From a virus, in the IMG/VR virus record IMGVR_UViG_3300045988_180412, positions 1,841-65,840 of that record: a DNA stretch of 64,000 bases; one strand, 5' to 3'. Below, piece after piece: positions 45,641 to 53,726 of this stretch (its first letter is position 1; each line of letters opens with the position of its first letter). The notes under the pieces were generated by a model. The model did no database searches. It was not told the DNA's origin and saw nothing but the letters and a program-made list of their open reading frames with translations. The translations under genes were made by a program, and so were the position numbers.

Positions 45641-45744
45641 AAGAAACAGTCGGCCCGGCGACTATAAACAGGCATTAGGCCGTGCGCGTGGGCGGAAAAT
45701 CCGCCCGGTTGTACTAAATAAATAAATCCTAAATAAATACAGCT

Positions 45745-46329
45745 ATGCAGAAAAATATTATTTGGTCGTCAGACTACTATTTTGACGACTCCGCCCGCAA
45801 AGAGTTTGAGGACTACATCCAAACAGAATGCGGCTACATGCCGGACGACTCCGACTGGCAAAACGAAGTAAATGCACACATCGAAGATGAAAGGCTAAAC
45901 CTTTCGGCGGACATCCCCGGCAACGGCTGCATTATAGCCGTTATTGACGCTGGCCGCTGGAATGGTCGCTATATATCCGCCACTCTATGCGGATATTCCC
46001 CCGCGCATATCTTTGACCTCGCGGAGGACGACAACGAGTACTATTGCGACGGCCTGAACGTGTGCGCACGTCTTGCGCACCACGACGGCACGCATTACGT
46101 TACATACCGCGTCGCGCCGGATATTGAGACTGCAAGGCGTATTGTTGACGGCCTACAAAGTGGCCGCATATCCGCCCGTACAGCAATGCGACAAACAAAG
46201 AGCCTCGCGCCACACGTTGCCAAAATATACGGCTGGCATGTAGATGGGCGGTTGACGCCAAAACGCGCCGCAAAACGCGTGGCACGCCACTACAACAAGC
46301 ACATACACGCACAAAGACAATACGCGTAA
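45745..46329 (+). CDS. hypothetical protein (194 aa)
   Basis: ATG start, long ORF. Confidence 0.55.
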   Translation: MQKNIIWSSDYYFDDSARKEFEDYIQTECGYMPDDSDWQNEVNAHIEDERLNLSADIPGNGCIIAVIDAGRWNGRYISATLCGYSPAHIFDLAEDDNEYYCDGLNVCARLAHHDGTHYVTYRVAPDIETARRIVDGLQSGRISARTAMRQTKSLAPHVAKIYGWHVDGRLTPKRAAKRVARHYNKHIHAQRQYA

Positions 46330-46344
46330 AATAATCCTACTACT

Positions 46345-46542
46345 ATGTTAATCAACTGCATTTTATCCAGCGCAACAATAGCGCTTTTAGGCGTGCCTTT
46401 CGCCGCACGCCGCCGCAACCGCCGCAACTTTTGGCGGCATTATTTGCCATGGCTGTACGCCTCTATGTGCAGCCTCGCAATATATGCCGCAATGATAGGC
46501 GCAATAGCCTACTTCTGCACACTGGCAGACATGGCCGAATAA
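46345..46542 (+). CDS. small membrane protein (65 aa)
   Basis: Two hydrophobic segments. Confidence 0.45.
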   Translation: MLINCILSSATIALLGVPFAARRRNRRNFWRHYLPWLYASMCSLAIYAAMIGAIAYFCTLADMAE

Positions 46543-46614
46543 GCCGTTTTAACGCGCTTTCGGGGCGCGGCGGAACAATTTACCACGCGCCCCGACAAAG
46601 CAGCTAAAAACGGC
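46543..46614 (+). terminator. two-tier hairpin (terminator-like)
   Basis: Inner 10-bp stem TCGGGGCGCG/CGCGCCCCGA (46560-46595). Outer stem GCCGTTTT/AAAACGGC. Confidence 0.4.
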
Positions 46615-46657
46615 CTCAAAAAGCGCTACAAACACTAATCACTAAAACATAAACACT

Positions 46658-46843
46658 ATGCAGATATTCACGGTATATAGCATCGGCTGCAACGCCGAAC
46701 TTTTCGCCGCTAATTACGGCGAATATATCACAGACACCACCCCCGGCTACTTCGGCGGCGTTGAGTTTACACTCCGCGCACCGGCCGAGATCCGCGAAGA
46801 AATAGCACACCTAACAGAGGAGTGCATAGAGATAATAGACTAA
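46658..46843 (+). CDS. hypothetical protein (61 aa)
   Basis: ATG start. Confidence 0.45.
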   Translation: MQIFTVYSIGCNAELFAANYGEYITDTTPGYFGGVEFTLRAPAEIREEIAHLTEECIEIID

Positions 46844-46865
46844 ACCTATACAAACCACGAACAAA

Positions 46866-47291
46866 ATGAACAATGTAATTACAGACAACGCGGCTATGGT
46901 AGCCGCTATCCAACAAGCCGGGTTTATTATTGACCGCGCCGGAGGCATTACTAATGCCTACATCCGCACCCCCGTAAAAAACGGTATAGGTGAAACGTTG
47001 TGGGTTGAGATTAATTTTTGCACCGTCCCCGGCGGCGCAAAGAGTCTCCCCGCCTTTTGGTCTAAACGAGATCTCACGCCTACGCGTTTGGCATCGTACT
47101 GGTACATCTACATCCATATAACCGCCAAGGCGCCGGAACACAGCGATGTGGGATATGAAAAATATAATCCGATGCTTATCCCCTCGGATAATCCTTGCAG
47201 ATTGTTTACATGGATACTGGAAGCCACACCCGAAAACCTTTACAAACTCCTATCCGAGGCCAAACGCCGTTTTTTGACGTGCGAAAAGTAA
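46866..47291 (+). CDS. hypothetical protein (141 aa)
   Basis: ATG start. Confidence 0.5.
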   Translation: MNNVITDNAAMVAAIQQAGFIIDRAGGITNAYIRTPVKNGIGETLWVEINFCTVPGGAKSLPAFWSKRDLTPTRLASYWYIYIHITAKAPEHSDVGYEKYNPMLIPSDNPCRLFTWILEATPENLYKLLSEAKRRFLTCEK

Positions 47292-47402
47292 CCGCTGCCC
47301 GTCAGCGCTTAACAAACTTTAACGCTGACGGGCAACAAACCGAAGCCCACACGGTTGTATATTTGTGGGAAAAATCAACAACTAACAACTAATAAAACGA
47401 TA

Positions 47403-47837
47403 ATGACCTGCAAAGAATTAGCGGAGGCCGTAAAAAAAGAAAACCCCTCCAAATACGAACAAATAGAGTCTCAATACGGAAGCGGTGTCGTCGCAGCATA
47501 CATCGCTTGGGCAAACCAAGCAGATGACTCTGAGACTGAGACGACGATCGACGGCTGGTGTACTGGCATCCTCGAAGGCAATTTCGACGTCATCGAGGAC
47601 ATCGAAGACACGTTTGTTTGTTGCGCAACGGACAAAGACATGGAGGCATTCCTTGCCCCCCTCCAAATAATCGGAAAAACAGTCGCCGATTATGATCTAA
47701 GCGAAGCTATTGACCAAGTATTCTACTTCGCGCCTGATGCAGAAGAACTCTACTCGGACATAGAAGAAGCTCGAGAGATTGTCCTCGGAAGCTTCAATGC
47801 TCCGTTCAACGTCAATCGTAAATTAATTCAACGATGA
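47403..47837 (+). CDS. strongly acidic hypothetical protein (144 aa)
   Basis: Internal ATG of ORF 47355..47837. Many Asp and Glu residues. Confidence 0.5.
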   Translation: MTCKELAEAVKKENPSKYEQIESQYGSGVVAAYIAWANQADDSETETTIDGWCTGILEGNFDVIEDIEDTFVCCATDKDMEAFLAPLQIIGKTVADYDLSEAIDQVFYFAPDAEELYSDIEEAREIVLGSFNAPFNVNRKLIQR

Positions 47838-48160
47838 AAACAGAATGGTATTTTATTGATTTCTACATCCTGAATGAAAAAGGGCAGGACGTAAGCGACA
47901 ATTACGACTGGGTGTTTTATGACTCCGAGGACTCGGCAATCGAAGCACTTATGGATGAATGGCGAGATCCAAAAGACACCTTCGCGAGGTTATCCAAAGT
48001 GGCGAAGGGCAACATCACATATGCCGAAATTGCCGTAAACCGACAGGTTGGCAAGGCAGACGAATGTGGAAACCTCGTATGCGAGGACTACACCGAAACC
48101 TTGTCGTTTATTCGATACGAGTATTCGGATGGAGAGTGTACCAGAAAAGAATACTGCTAA
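47834..48160 (+). CDS. acidic hypothetical protein (108 aa)
   Basis: ATGA overlap with the upstream gene. Confidence 0.5.
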   Translation: MKTEWYFIDFYILNEKGQDVSDNYDWVFYDSEDSAIEALMDEWRDPKDTFARLSKVAKGNITYAEIAVNRQVGKADECGNLVCEDYTETLSFIRYEYSDGECTRKEYC

Positions 48161-48177
48161 CAAAAAATAAAGCAACA

Positions 48178-48741
48178 ATGACTAACGATATTAAAATACA
48201 CTGGTCAAATGCTCAAATGTGGTACGTGACCGAGAACGCGGATGGTACTATTTCCGCATTCTATCACAAAAATCTGAAAGAGTGCAACCGCGTACCTTAC
48301 GTGTGTGTAGCATCGGCGGTGAAATCCGCGGGCGGTTTAGACGCGTTCAGGGAGCGTTTAATCACGCCCGAGCAGGCCGAGGCACGATTAGCCACCCTCA
48401 ACGCCCAAAAGGCCGAGAGAGCCGCCGCAAAGGCCGTGGACGCGGCCAAAGAAAGTGCGGCCGCAACCGAGGCGCGGTGGCGTCTTGCTGAGGCCGAAAA
48501 GGCCGGTGCTATTGCGCCGACACAGGAAAACATCCGCGACTTATTACTAAGCGTGCGGCATAATTGCGCTTGGCCGCTACCACAATTCACGGTTGGCTAT
48601 TCGGCCACTGCCTACGACTGCGACGGCAAGATCGCTGCCGCCGCAAAGTTTGCCAAACCCGTACTAATTAACGGTCTATTTGTTAGGCGCGTATGCTTAG
48701 GCGCACCGCGTGGTTATCTTGAAAAGTATACGCGGATATGA
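48178..48741 (+). CDS. hypothetical protein (187 aa) with Ala-rich central helix
   Basis: Internal ATG of ORF 47959..48741. Confidence 0.5.
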   Translation: MTNDIKIHWSNAQMWYVTENADGTISAFYHKNLKECNRVPYVCVASAVKSAGGLDAFRERLITPEQAEARLATLNAQKAERAAAKAVDAAKESAAATEARWRLAEAEKAGAIAPTQENIRDLLLSVRHNCAWPLPQFTVGYSATAYDCDGKIAAAAKFAKPVLINGLFVRRVCLGAPRGYLEKYTRI

Positions 48742-49001
48742 GACTGCGTAAGAAAATAGGCCGGCTTATGGACTGGCTTATCGACAAGCACTTCTGGATG
48801 GCGTTTATGCTGTACTACTTCGTTGTGCCCGGTCTCGTAACCCTATTGCTTATATGGATAACCGACTTAGGCTTCCACAATGAGTTGCCCGAGTTCTTGC
48901 AGCTCATATTCGACTGGTGCTTAGAAAATATTCTAATTCCAATAATAATCATAATCTGCATACCGTTTGTTATCATTCAGGTAAGCAAAAACAATCCGTA
49001 A
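48738..49001 (+). CDS. small membrane protein (87 aa)
   Basis: Three hydrophobic segments. ATGA overlap. Confidence 0.5.
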   Translation: MRLRKKIGRLMDWLIDKHFWMAFMLYYFVVPGLVTLLLIWITDLGFHNELPEFLQLIFDWCLENILIPIIIIICIPFVIIQVSKNNP

Positions 49002-49750
49002 TGGCAGAATACATCTATTTGCGTGTGTCTACGCGTAATCAGGACTACGCGCAACAATTAGAGGACATAAAGCGCTATGGCGTTGACCCTAAGCGCGTTG
49101 ATAGCATTGTCGAGGAGCACGAAAGTGGCGGCGTGTCCTATGAGGACAGGCAACTGCAAACGCTCCTTGGCAAGTGTAAGCGCGGAGACACAATATACGT
49201 TGGCGATACAAGCCGTATAGGCCGTTCTCAAATGGATATGGTGCGGCTTATGATAAACGCAAAAGAGGCGGGCATCGGCATCGTTGCCTGCAAAAACGGC
49301 CTACGGCTGGACGCCGACGACATAGGCAGTCGCATAACCCTATCCGTCCTCGCGATCCTTGACGAGGACGAGCGTATGCGAATCAAGCACCGCGCGAAAA
49401 ACACGGTGGAGGCACACCGCAAAGAAATCGCGGCCAAAGGCTACCGCGTAACCAAGGCCGGAAACATCCAAACGCACATCGGCAATAAGCCGGGCACGGA
49501 CATGAGCGCCGCAATACAAAGTAGCCTTATAAGCCGTTCACAACGCGCACAACGCTGGCGAGAGGAGTCCCCGGCCTACCGTTGGGCGATGGAACAAAAG
49601 GCCTGCGGAAAGACCGCAAAGCAGGCCTATGACGACCTCGAAAGGCTTATGGACGTTGCGCCCGAAACGTTCTGTAAGCGGTCGGGAGGACGCATAAGCC
49701 GTTCCACCTTTTACGATTGGTGGCGCGAAAAAAACATCCTCCACGTCTGA
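49001..49750 (+). CDS. small serine recombinase (resolvase/invertase family)
   Basis: The N-terminus YIYLRVSTRNQ carries the catalytic Ser, followed by GDTIYVGDTSRIGRS. A C-terminal HTH (RISRSTFYDWWRE) is present. Start is the internal ATG at 49001. Confidence 0.85.
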   Translation: MAEYIYLRVSTRNQDYAQQLEDIKRYGVDPKRVDSIVEEHESGGVSYEDRQLQTLLGKCKRGDTIYVGDTSRIGRSQMDMVRLMINAKEAGIGIVACKNGLRLDADDIGSRITLSVLAILDEDERMRIKHRAKNTVEAHRKEIAAKGYRVTKAGNIQTHIGNKPGTDMSAAIQSSLISRSQRAQRWREESPAYRWAMEQKACGKTAKQAYDDLERLMDVAPETFCKRSGGRISRSTFYDWWREKNILHV

Positions 49751-49763
49751 CACCGTAAAATCA

Positions 49764-49803
49764 AGCCGCCGTTATCTGTTCTGGTAACGGCGGCTAATTT
49801 TAT
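49764..49803 (+). terminator. terminator after the serine recombinase gene
   Basis: 11-bp stem AGCCGCCGTTA (49764-49774) pairs with TAACGGCGGCT (49785-49795), followed by AATTTTA. Confidence 0.55.
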
Positions 49804-49813
49804 GCCTGAAAGT

Positions 49814-49996
49814 TGCGTTGCTCGTTGCGTTGCACCTCACTGGTAGGCCGTGCCGAATTTGTGTCTCTGGTAGCGGCGATTTTCGTGTGTTGCAGCTTGT
49901 GTTGCTCTTTGTGTTGCACTTCGCGACAATGCGCTGTCTATATGTGCGTTAATTGTGTTGTCGTTTGTGTTGTTTGTTGTGTTGTCGTTTGTGTTG
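49814..49996. repeat. 12-bp-phased TGYGTTG repeats (2 + 3 + 4 copies)
   Basis: TGCGTTG at 49814 and 49826. TGTGTTG at 49886, 49898, 49910 and at 49954, 49966, 49978, 49990. Confidence 0.9.
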
Positions 49997-50020
49997 TTAG
50001 CGCATAGTGACCGCTTTCGG

Positions 50021-50123
50021 AGTGCGCCCTTAGCTGCGCCCCTAAGTGCGCCCAACTCCTTTGCAGTGCATTGTGTTATAAGTGATTAAGTGCGCCCTTG
50101 ACTGCGCCCCTTGGTGCGCCCCT
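50021..50123. repeat. second iteron array (3 + 3 copies of TGCGCCC, inverted relative to 5019-5143)
   Basis: Core TGCGCC at 50023, 50035, 50047 and at 50091, 50103, 50115. The spacer also resembles the spacer at 5064-5100. Confidence 0.85.
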
Positions 50124-50128
50124 CATAA

Positions 50129-51298
50129 CTACCGCTTACCGTAAAGCACCCAATCAAGCACTCGCCGATTAGCTTCGTCCACTTTGGCGTTGTCATAGTC
50201 GATATAAACATCCGTAATCGCAACACCGAAGGAGTGGCCTAATGCTTGGCTTATAATATCTTTTGGTATGCCAATACTGTATGCTATGGTCGCCCATGAG
50301 TGCCGCGCCCAATACAGCGTTAAATCATCACGCCCGGCACACTTTCTAAGTGCTGTGGAGACGGCATTGCACATAGCATGTCGGGTACTCCACATGTCCG
50401 CAAACGTAAGCAACCGGCCATGCTGGTCTGACTTGTAGCGGTTTATTATTTCCAACGCTTCCGGCTCAACCTTGATACTGTACTGCTTGCGCGTCTTACA
50501 GCGCTCATACTCGATTCGACCATCAGTCGTTAAGCATTCAAGCCGAAGCATGTCTACACTATTAATGCCGATAAGCATAAACGACAACTTAAAGACATCA
50601 AGTGCGACACGTGCGCGAGTACTACTTGGCGTAAGCGCAAATATAGTACGTATGACATCAACTGGCAGCGAGCGTTTACGCGTTTTCGGTCTCCGTACAA
50701 TTCGGGGCAATTGGATAAACGGATCGCGGTCTATAATCTCATTGCGTATAGCCTCGCGAATAACCGCGTGGATACAGAACATATAATTGGAGATTGTGCC
50801 CAAGCTATAATCTTGACTGTATAACCAATTCAGATAGCGGCGCAATAGGTTATAATCAATCTCTTGTATTAGCATATACTCTACATTCGCCTCATAACGC
50901 ATTAGCGCATTCAAAGCGACCCTGTAACACTCTTGTGTCGCTTTGCGGCGGCGGCTTTTCATGAAGTCGCGATATAGCGTAACAAACCGACATTCTTTTT
51001 CTATCTGTCGCCCGAACAGCTTATTGGCAACACGCTCTTTAATTTCGGCGACATCCATAAATCGACCGCCTTGTTGATATATCTCCATTTTAAGCGCGTC
51101 TAACTGCTTAATCCAATAAGCTAAGACATTCGCAAGACGTTCGAGACGCTTAGGCGGATTAGGCGACAGCGCGAGGTCTAAGTCAAGCGGAGGCAAGTAC
51201 ATATCTGTTGCGAGTTCGGCCTTTCGGCGGTTGTTGGTGATGCGGATACGGACGTTGTTACATCTCCGTTCATCGCATACAAGCTTCATTGTTATCAT
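50129..51298 (-). CDS. int: tyrosine integrase
   Basis: 389 aa. The C-terminal catalytic region carries ARHSWAT (HxxR), LGH and a Tyr in TDVYIDY. Confidence 0.9.
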   Translation of the reverse strand: MITMKLVCDERRCNNVRIRITNNRRKAELATDMYLPPLDLDLALSPNPPKRLERLANVLAYWIKQLDALKMEIYQQGGRFMDVAEIKERVANKLFGRQIEKECRFVTLYRDFMKSRRRKATQECYRVALNALMRYEANVEYMLIQEIDYNLLRRYLNWLYSQDYSLGTISNYMFCIHAVIREAIRNEIIDRDPFIQLPRIVRRPKTRKRSLPVDVIRTIFALTPSSTRARVALDVFKLSFMLIGINSVDMLRLECLTTDGRIEYERCKTRKQYSIKVEPEALEIINRYKSDQHGRLLTFADMWSTRHAMCNAVSTALRKCAGRDDLTLYWARHSWATIAYSIGIPKDIISQALGHSFGVAITDVYIDYDNAKVDEANRRVLDWVLYGKR

Positions 51299-51517
51299 AA
51301 GAGAAAAAGTTAATTAGTCTTTATTAAAAGTTAAATAATCTTAAAACTTCAACTGCTTCTGCTGAAACATTTGCTGAAACATTTGATGCAAAAAGCCTCA
51401 AAACGGCTATATTTGGAGCTGATATTTTCATCTGCCAACACAACGCAAATATCTATATATAGGCGATTTAGCATATTCCTTGATGTATTTTTAATCTCCA
51501 TAAATTATTTAGACCTG

Positions 51518-51525
51518 CAAAGTTA
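51518..51525 (-). promoter_or_regulatory. -7 box TAACTTTG (minus strand) upstream of int
   Basis: Matches TAnnTTTG, about 220 nt upstream of the int ATG. Confidence 0.35.
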
Positions 51526-51569
51526 ATAGCCCGTTATAATCTCATATAAGCCAAATACTTAAATAGTCA

Positions 51570-51577
51570 TATTTTTG
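51570..51577 (+). promoter_or_regulatory. -7 box TATTTTTG, candidate promoter of the downstream structured RNA
   Basis: Matches TAnnTTTG. Confidence 0.3.
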
Positions 51578-51584
51578 CCTGCTG

Positions 51585-51985
51585 AAACATTTGATGCACT
51601 TTGCGCCGGTTTGCGCGATAAAAGTGTTAATACCGTTAACATTCCGATTTTGCCCTGTTTGCATCAACGATTTTTTTATTATAACTTCGCGACCGAATAT
51701 CAAACAGCCGCGTTGTCGGGATAGCCTACGGCAGGGCGCGGCGAAGTTAACCCGGTTACTGTGGGATTGCACGACAGCCGGGACGCCAGACGAAAGACTG
51801 AGGCGCGTGCATAGTGGCAATACTACATCAGTCAAGCGAGGGCGATTGCCCGTTACCTCGCCCCGGTAACCGCCGTACACCGATAACCCGGACGGGAGTG
51901 CCGCAGGATAGTCTGCCCGAGGTTTTGCAGTCGCCGACTTCTGTCGGTTTTTTCTGCTAACCTCCCTTGGGCAGACTATACCCAG
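51585..51985 (+). ncRNA. candidate structured RNA next to int (family unknown)
   Basis: GC-rich non-coding stretch with nested helices: GCGAGG/CCTCGC at 51837-51861, and an 11-bp helix 51908-51918/51969-51979 enclosing CCGAC-TTCT-GTCGG plus a T-run. The assigned strand is an inference. Confidence 0.35.
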
Positions 51986-52043
51986 TCCGCCCCCACCTCC
52001 TCCCCACCGGGAGTGCTTCGTTTCATTAGAGTCTGTATACTCT

Positions 52044-52094
52044 ATGCGTGCGTGTGTGCATGTGCGTGTATACGTGTGCGTGTATGTGCGCGTA
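52044..52094. repeat. 51-nt perfectly alternating purine-pyrimidine tract
   Basis: Direct reading (ATGCGTGCGTGTGTGCATGTGCGTGTATACGTGTGCGTGTATGTGCGCGTA). Flanked by TTAGAGTC/GACTCTAA. Confidence 0.9.
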
Positions 52095-52193
52095 AGCGTA
52101 ATCAAGACTCTAAATCAATTAAATAAAAAGATTAAACTCAAAAACTCGAAAAATTTTGTCGCGAAAACTCGATTTTTGCGGTCAAAAGTCGCG

Positions 52194-52973
52194 CTAAATC
52201 TCGTATGCCTCGACAAGGTGTTTAAGCCCTTTTTTTTCGTCATACATCATGACAGCCCAGATTAACGGCGCTGAATAGTGAATGGTGGAGCATAGAGTTA
52301 ACTCCGCTCTATTGGTTTGGAGAAAACGTTTCTGCATCCTTTCTGCGTATGCTTTCTCTTTCTTCGTTTTGGCTCTGTCGGCGGCATTTCCCAGTTTAGT
52401 GAGTTTGTTGTTTAACAAGGATGCTCTTGCCGCAATTCTTTTGTCCGTGCAATCAAAAGGAGTACCGTATTTTTTCTTGTAATCTATCAGCACCTTTAAC
52501 TCGTCTTGTGTGATTTTGAAAAGGTCTTCCATGTCATTCTCGATGCAAGCAAGGGTATAAGCCGTAGCCGCTGCGTCTGCATCCTCATTTGTTGAATAGA
52601 AATCGCACGTGGCTTGTGTTACCCGGACAACACAAGCACTATCCGAACAAGTAAAATCAAGTATTATGTGTATTTGAGCGGCAAGCATACCTGTACTGAC
52701 GTTTAGGGGGAGGAGCGGTTCTAATAAATTGGGCATTTCTTTTCCTCGAAGGGATATTGTCATCTCGCCCGTCTCGAGGTTTTCGCTTCTGACGCGCGGA
52801 TTATAAAAAAACCAAGCCTTTGTCCATTTTTCCTTAATCACGCGCATATACATCTCTTTGGTAAATCCATCACGGCGGATTGTGTCGCGCATATCTATCT
52901 CGTCTATCTCTATTGCGTAAGCCGAGACACACGACATCAGCGCTAAAATTGCTACTAAAATTGACTTTTTCAT
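52194..52973 (-). CDS. secreted protein or lipoprotein of unknown function (lysogeny-module moron)
   Basis: The internal ATG at 52973 gives the signal peptide MKKSILVAILALMSCVSAYA. Located between int and the repressor. Confidence 0.6.
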   Translation of the reverse strand: MKKSILVAILALMSCVSAYAIEIDEIDMRDTIRRDGFTKEMYMRVIKEKWTKAWFFYNPRVRSENLETGEMTISLRGKEMPNLLEPLLPLNVSTGMLAAQIHIILDFTCSDSACVVRVTQATCDFYSTNEDADAAATAYTLACIENDMEDLFKITQDELKVLIDYKKKYGTPFDCTDKRIAARASLLNNKLTKLGNAADRAKTKKEKAYAERMQKRFLQTNRAELTLCSTIHYSAPLIWAVMMYDEKKGLKHLVEAYEI

Positions 52974-53107
52974 TGTTTGTTTGTTTTTGTGATTGGAATA
53001 AATATTCAGACATACCGCTGTGGCGTCCATAGACCGCTCTATTTTCGCGCTAAACCGCTCGCAGGTATAAATTATCATCCGAGGGTTACAAACGCGCTGA
53101 AAACGGC

Positions 53108-53662
53108 TTATTTCGCTTCGTCTTTTTTCGCGGCCTTTGCTTCCGCTCGCCTGCGCCTCATCGCCTCTTTAAGTTCATCTTTCTTTTGCCTTTCTTCTTC
53201 GGCGCGAGGCTTGTAGCGACCGGCAATACCGGCAAACCCCTCGATGATTGCTAAAAGGCGAGAAATCTGTTCGTCTTTCTCTTTTATCTCGACTGATAAC
53301 GCCTCGACCTTACGGATAAGTGTTCGCATTAGGTTTTGGTCGCTTTTGCTTTTAGCGGTATAAGACGCCGAGCCGCTTCCGTTGTTAACAGCCGAATGGG
53401 CAACGCCACCACGGATGTTAATTTCGTTGCTATCGGTGATTGCAGGATGTTCGGGCAGAAGCATATCGCCCTCGCCCGTTTTCAGCCACTCGATATTGAG
53501 AATCGGGAAGCGCTGACGGATTTTTTCAAACATCAGCGGACGACTTGTTGCTTTTATTTTAGTCCCTACGCCACGGGGCATACCGCACTCCTTTTCGAGC
53601 TGATTTATAGGCATATCCAGCGTTGCGGCAAAGTGTTTAAGCCTATCTACGGGTGTGTCCAT
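53108..53662 (-). CDS. CI-type HTH repressor
   Basis: N-terminal HTH with NIEWLKTGEGDM (Phage_CI_repr-like). The C-terminus is a coiled coil. Divergent from the early genes. Confidence 0.8.
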   Translation of the reverse strand: MDTPVDRLKHFAATLDMPINQLEKECGMPRGVGTKIKATSRPLMFEKIRQRFPILNIEWLKTGEGDMLLPEHPAITDSNEINIRGGVAHSAVNNGSGSASYTAKSKSDQNLMRTLIRKVEALSVEIKEKDEQISRLLAIIEGFAGIAGRYKPRAEEERQKKDELKEAMRRRRAEAKAAKKDEAK

Positions 53663-53665
53663 TGT

Positions 53666-53680
53666 GTTAATGATTGTTAA
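53666..53680. repeat. 15-nt element GTTAATGATTGTTAA (left copy of an inverted pair)
   Basis: Perfect reverse complement of 53835-53849. Lies 3 nt from the repressor ATG. Confidence 0.9.
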
Positions 53681-53718
53681 ATATTTGCGCTTTTCTTGCT
53701 TTTAATGAATTTTCGCCG

Positions 53719-53726
53719 TAACTTTG
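53719..53726 (+). promoter_or_regulatory. -7 box TAACTTTG, rightward (lytic) promoter candidate
   Basis: Matches TAnnTTTG. Confidence 0.45.

Larger units (their letters stand above)
51361..51598. repeat. direct repeats GCTGAAACATTT(GATGCA)
   Basis: The 12-mer lies at 51361-51372. The 18-mer lies at 51373-51390 and again at 51581-51598. Confidence 0.85.

Noticed and set aside
49813-50055. 64-aa (+) and 72-aa (-) ORFs between the two recombinase genes
   Set aside because: Their products are Cys/Val-rich or Asn/Thr-rich repeats produced by the 12-bp iterons. They are not genes.
51542-52105. 187-aa minus-strand ORF
   Set aside because: The product is low in complexity (a Gly run, TYTHTYTRT from the alternating Pu-Py tract). 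It spans a region better explained by RNA/DNA structure and has no sensible start context.
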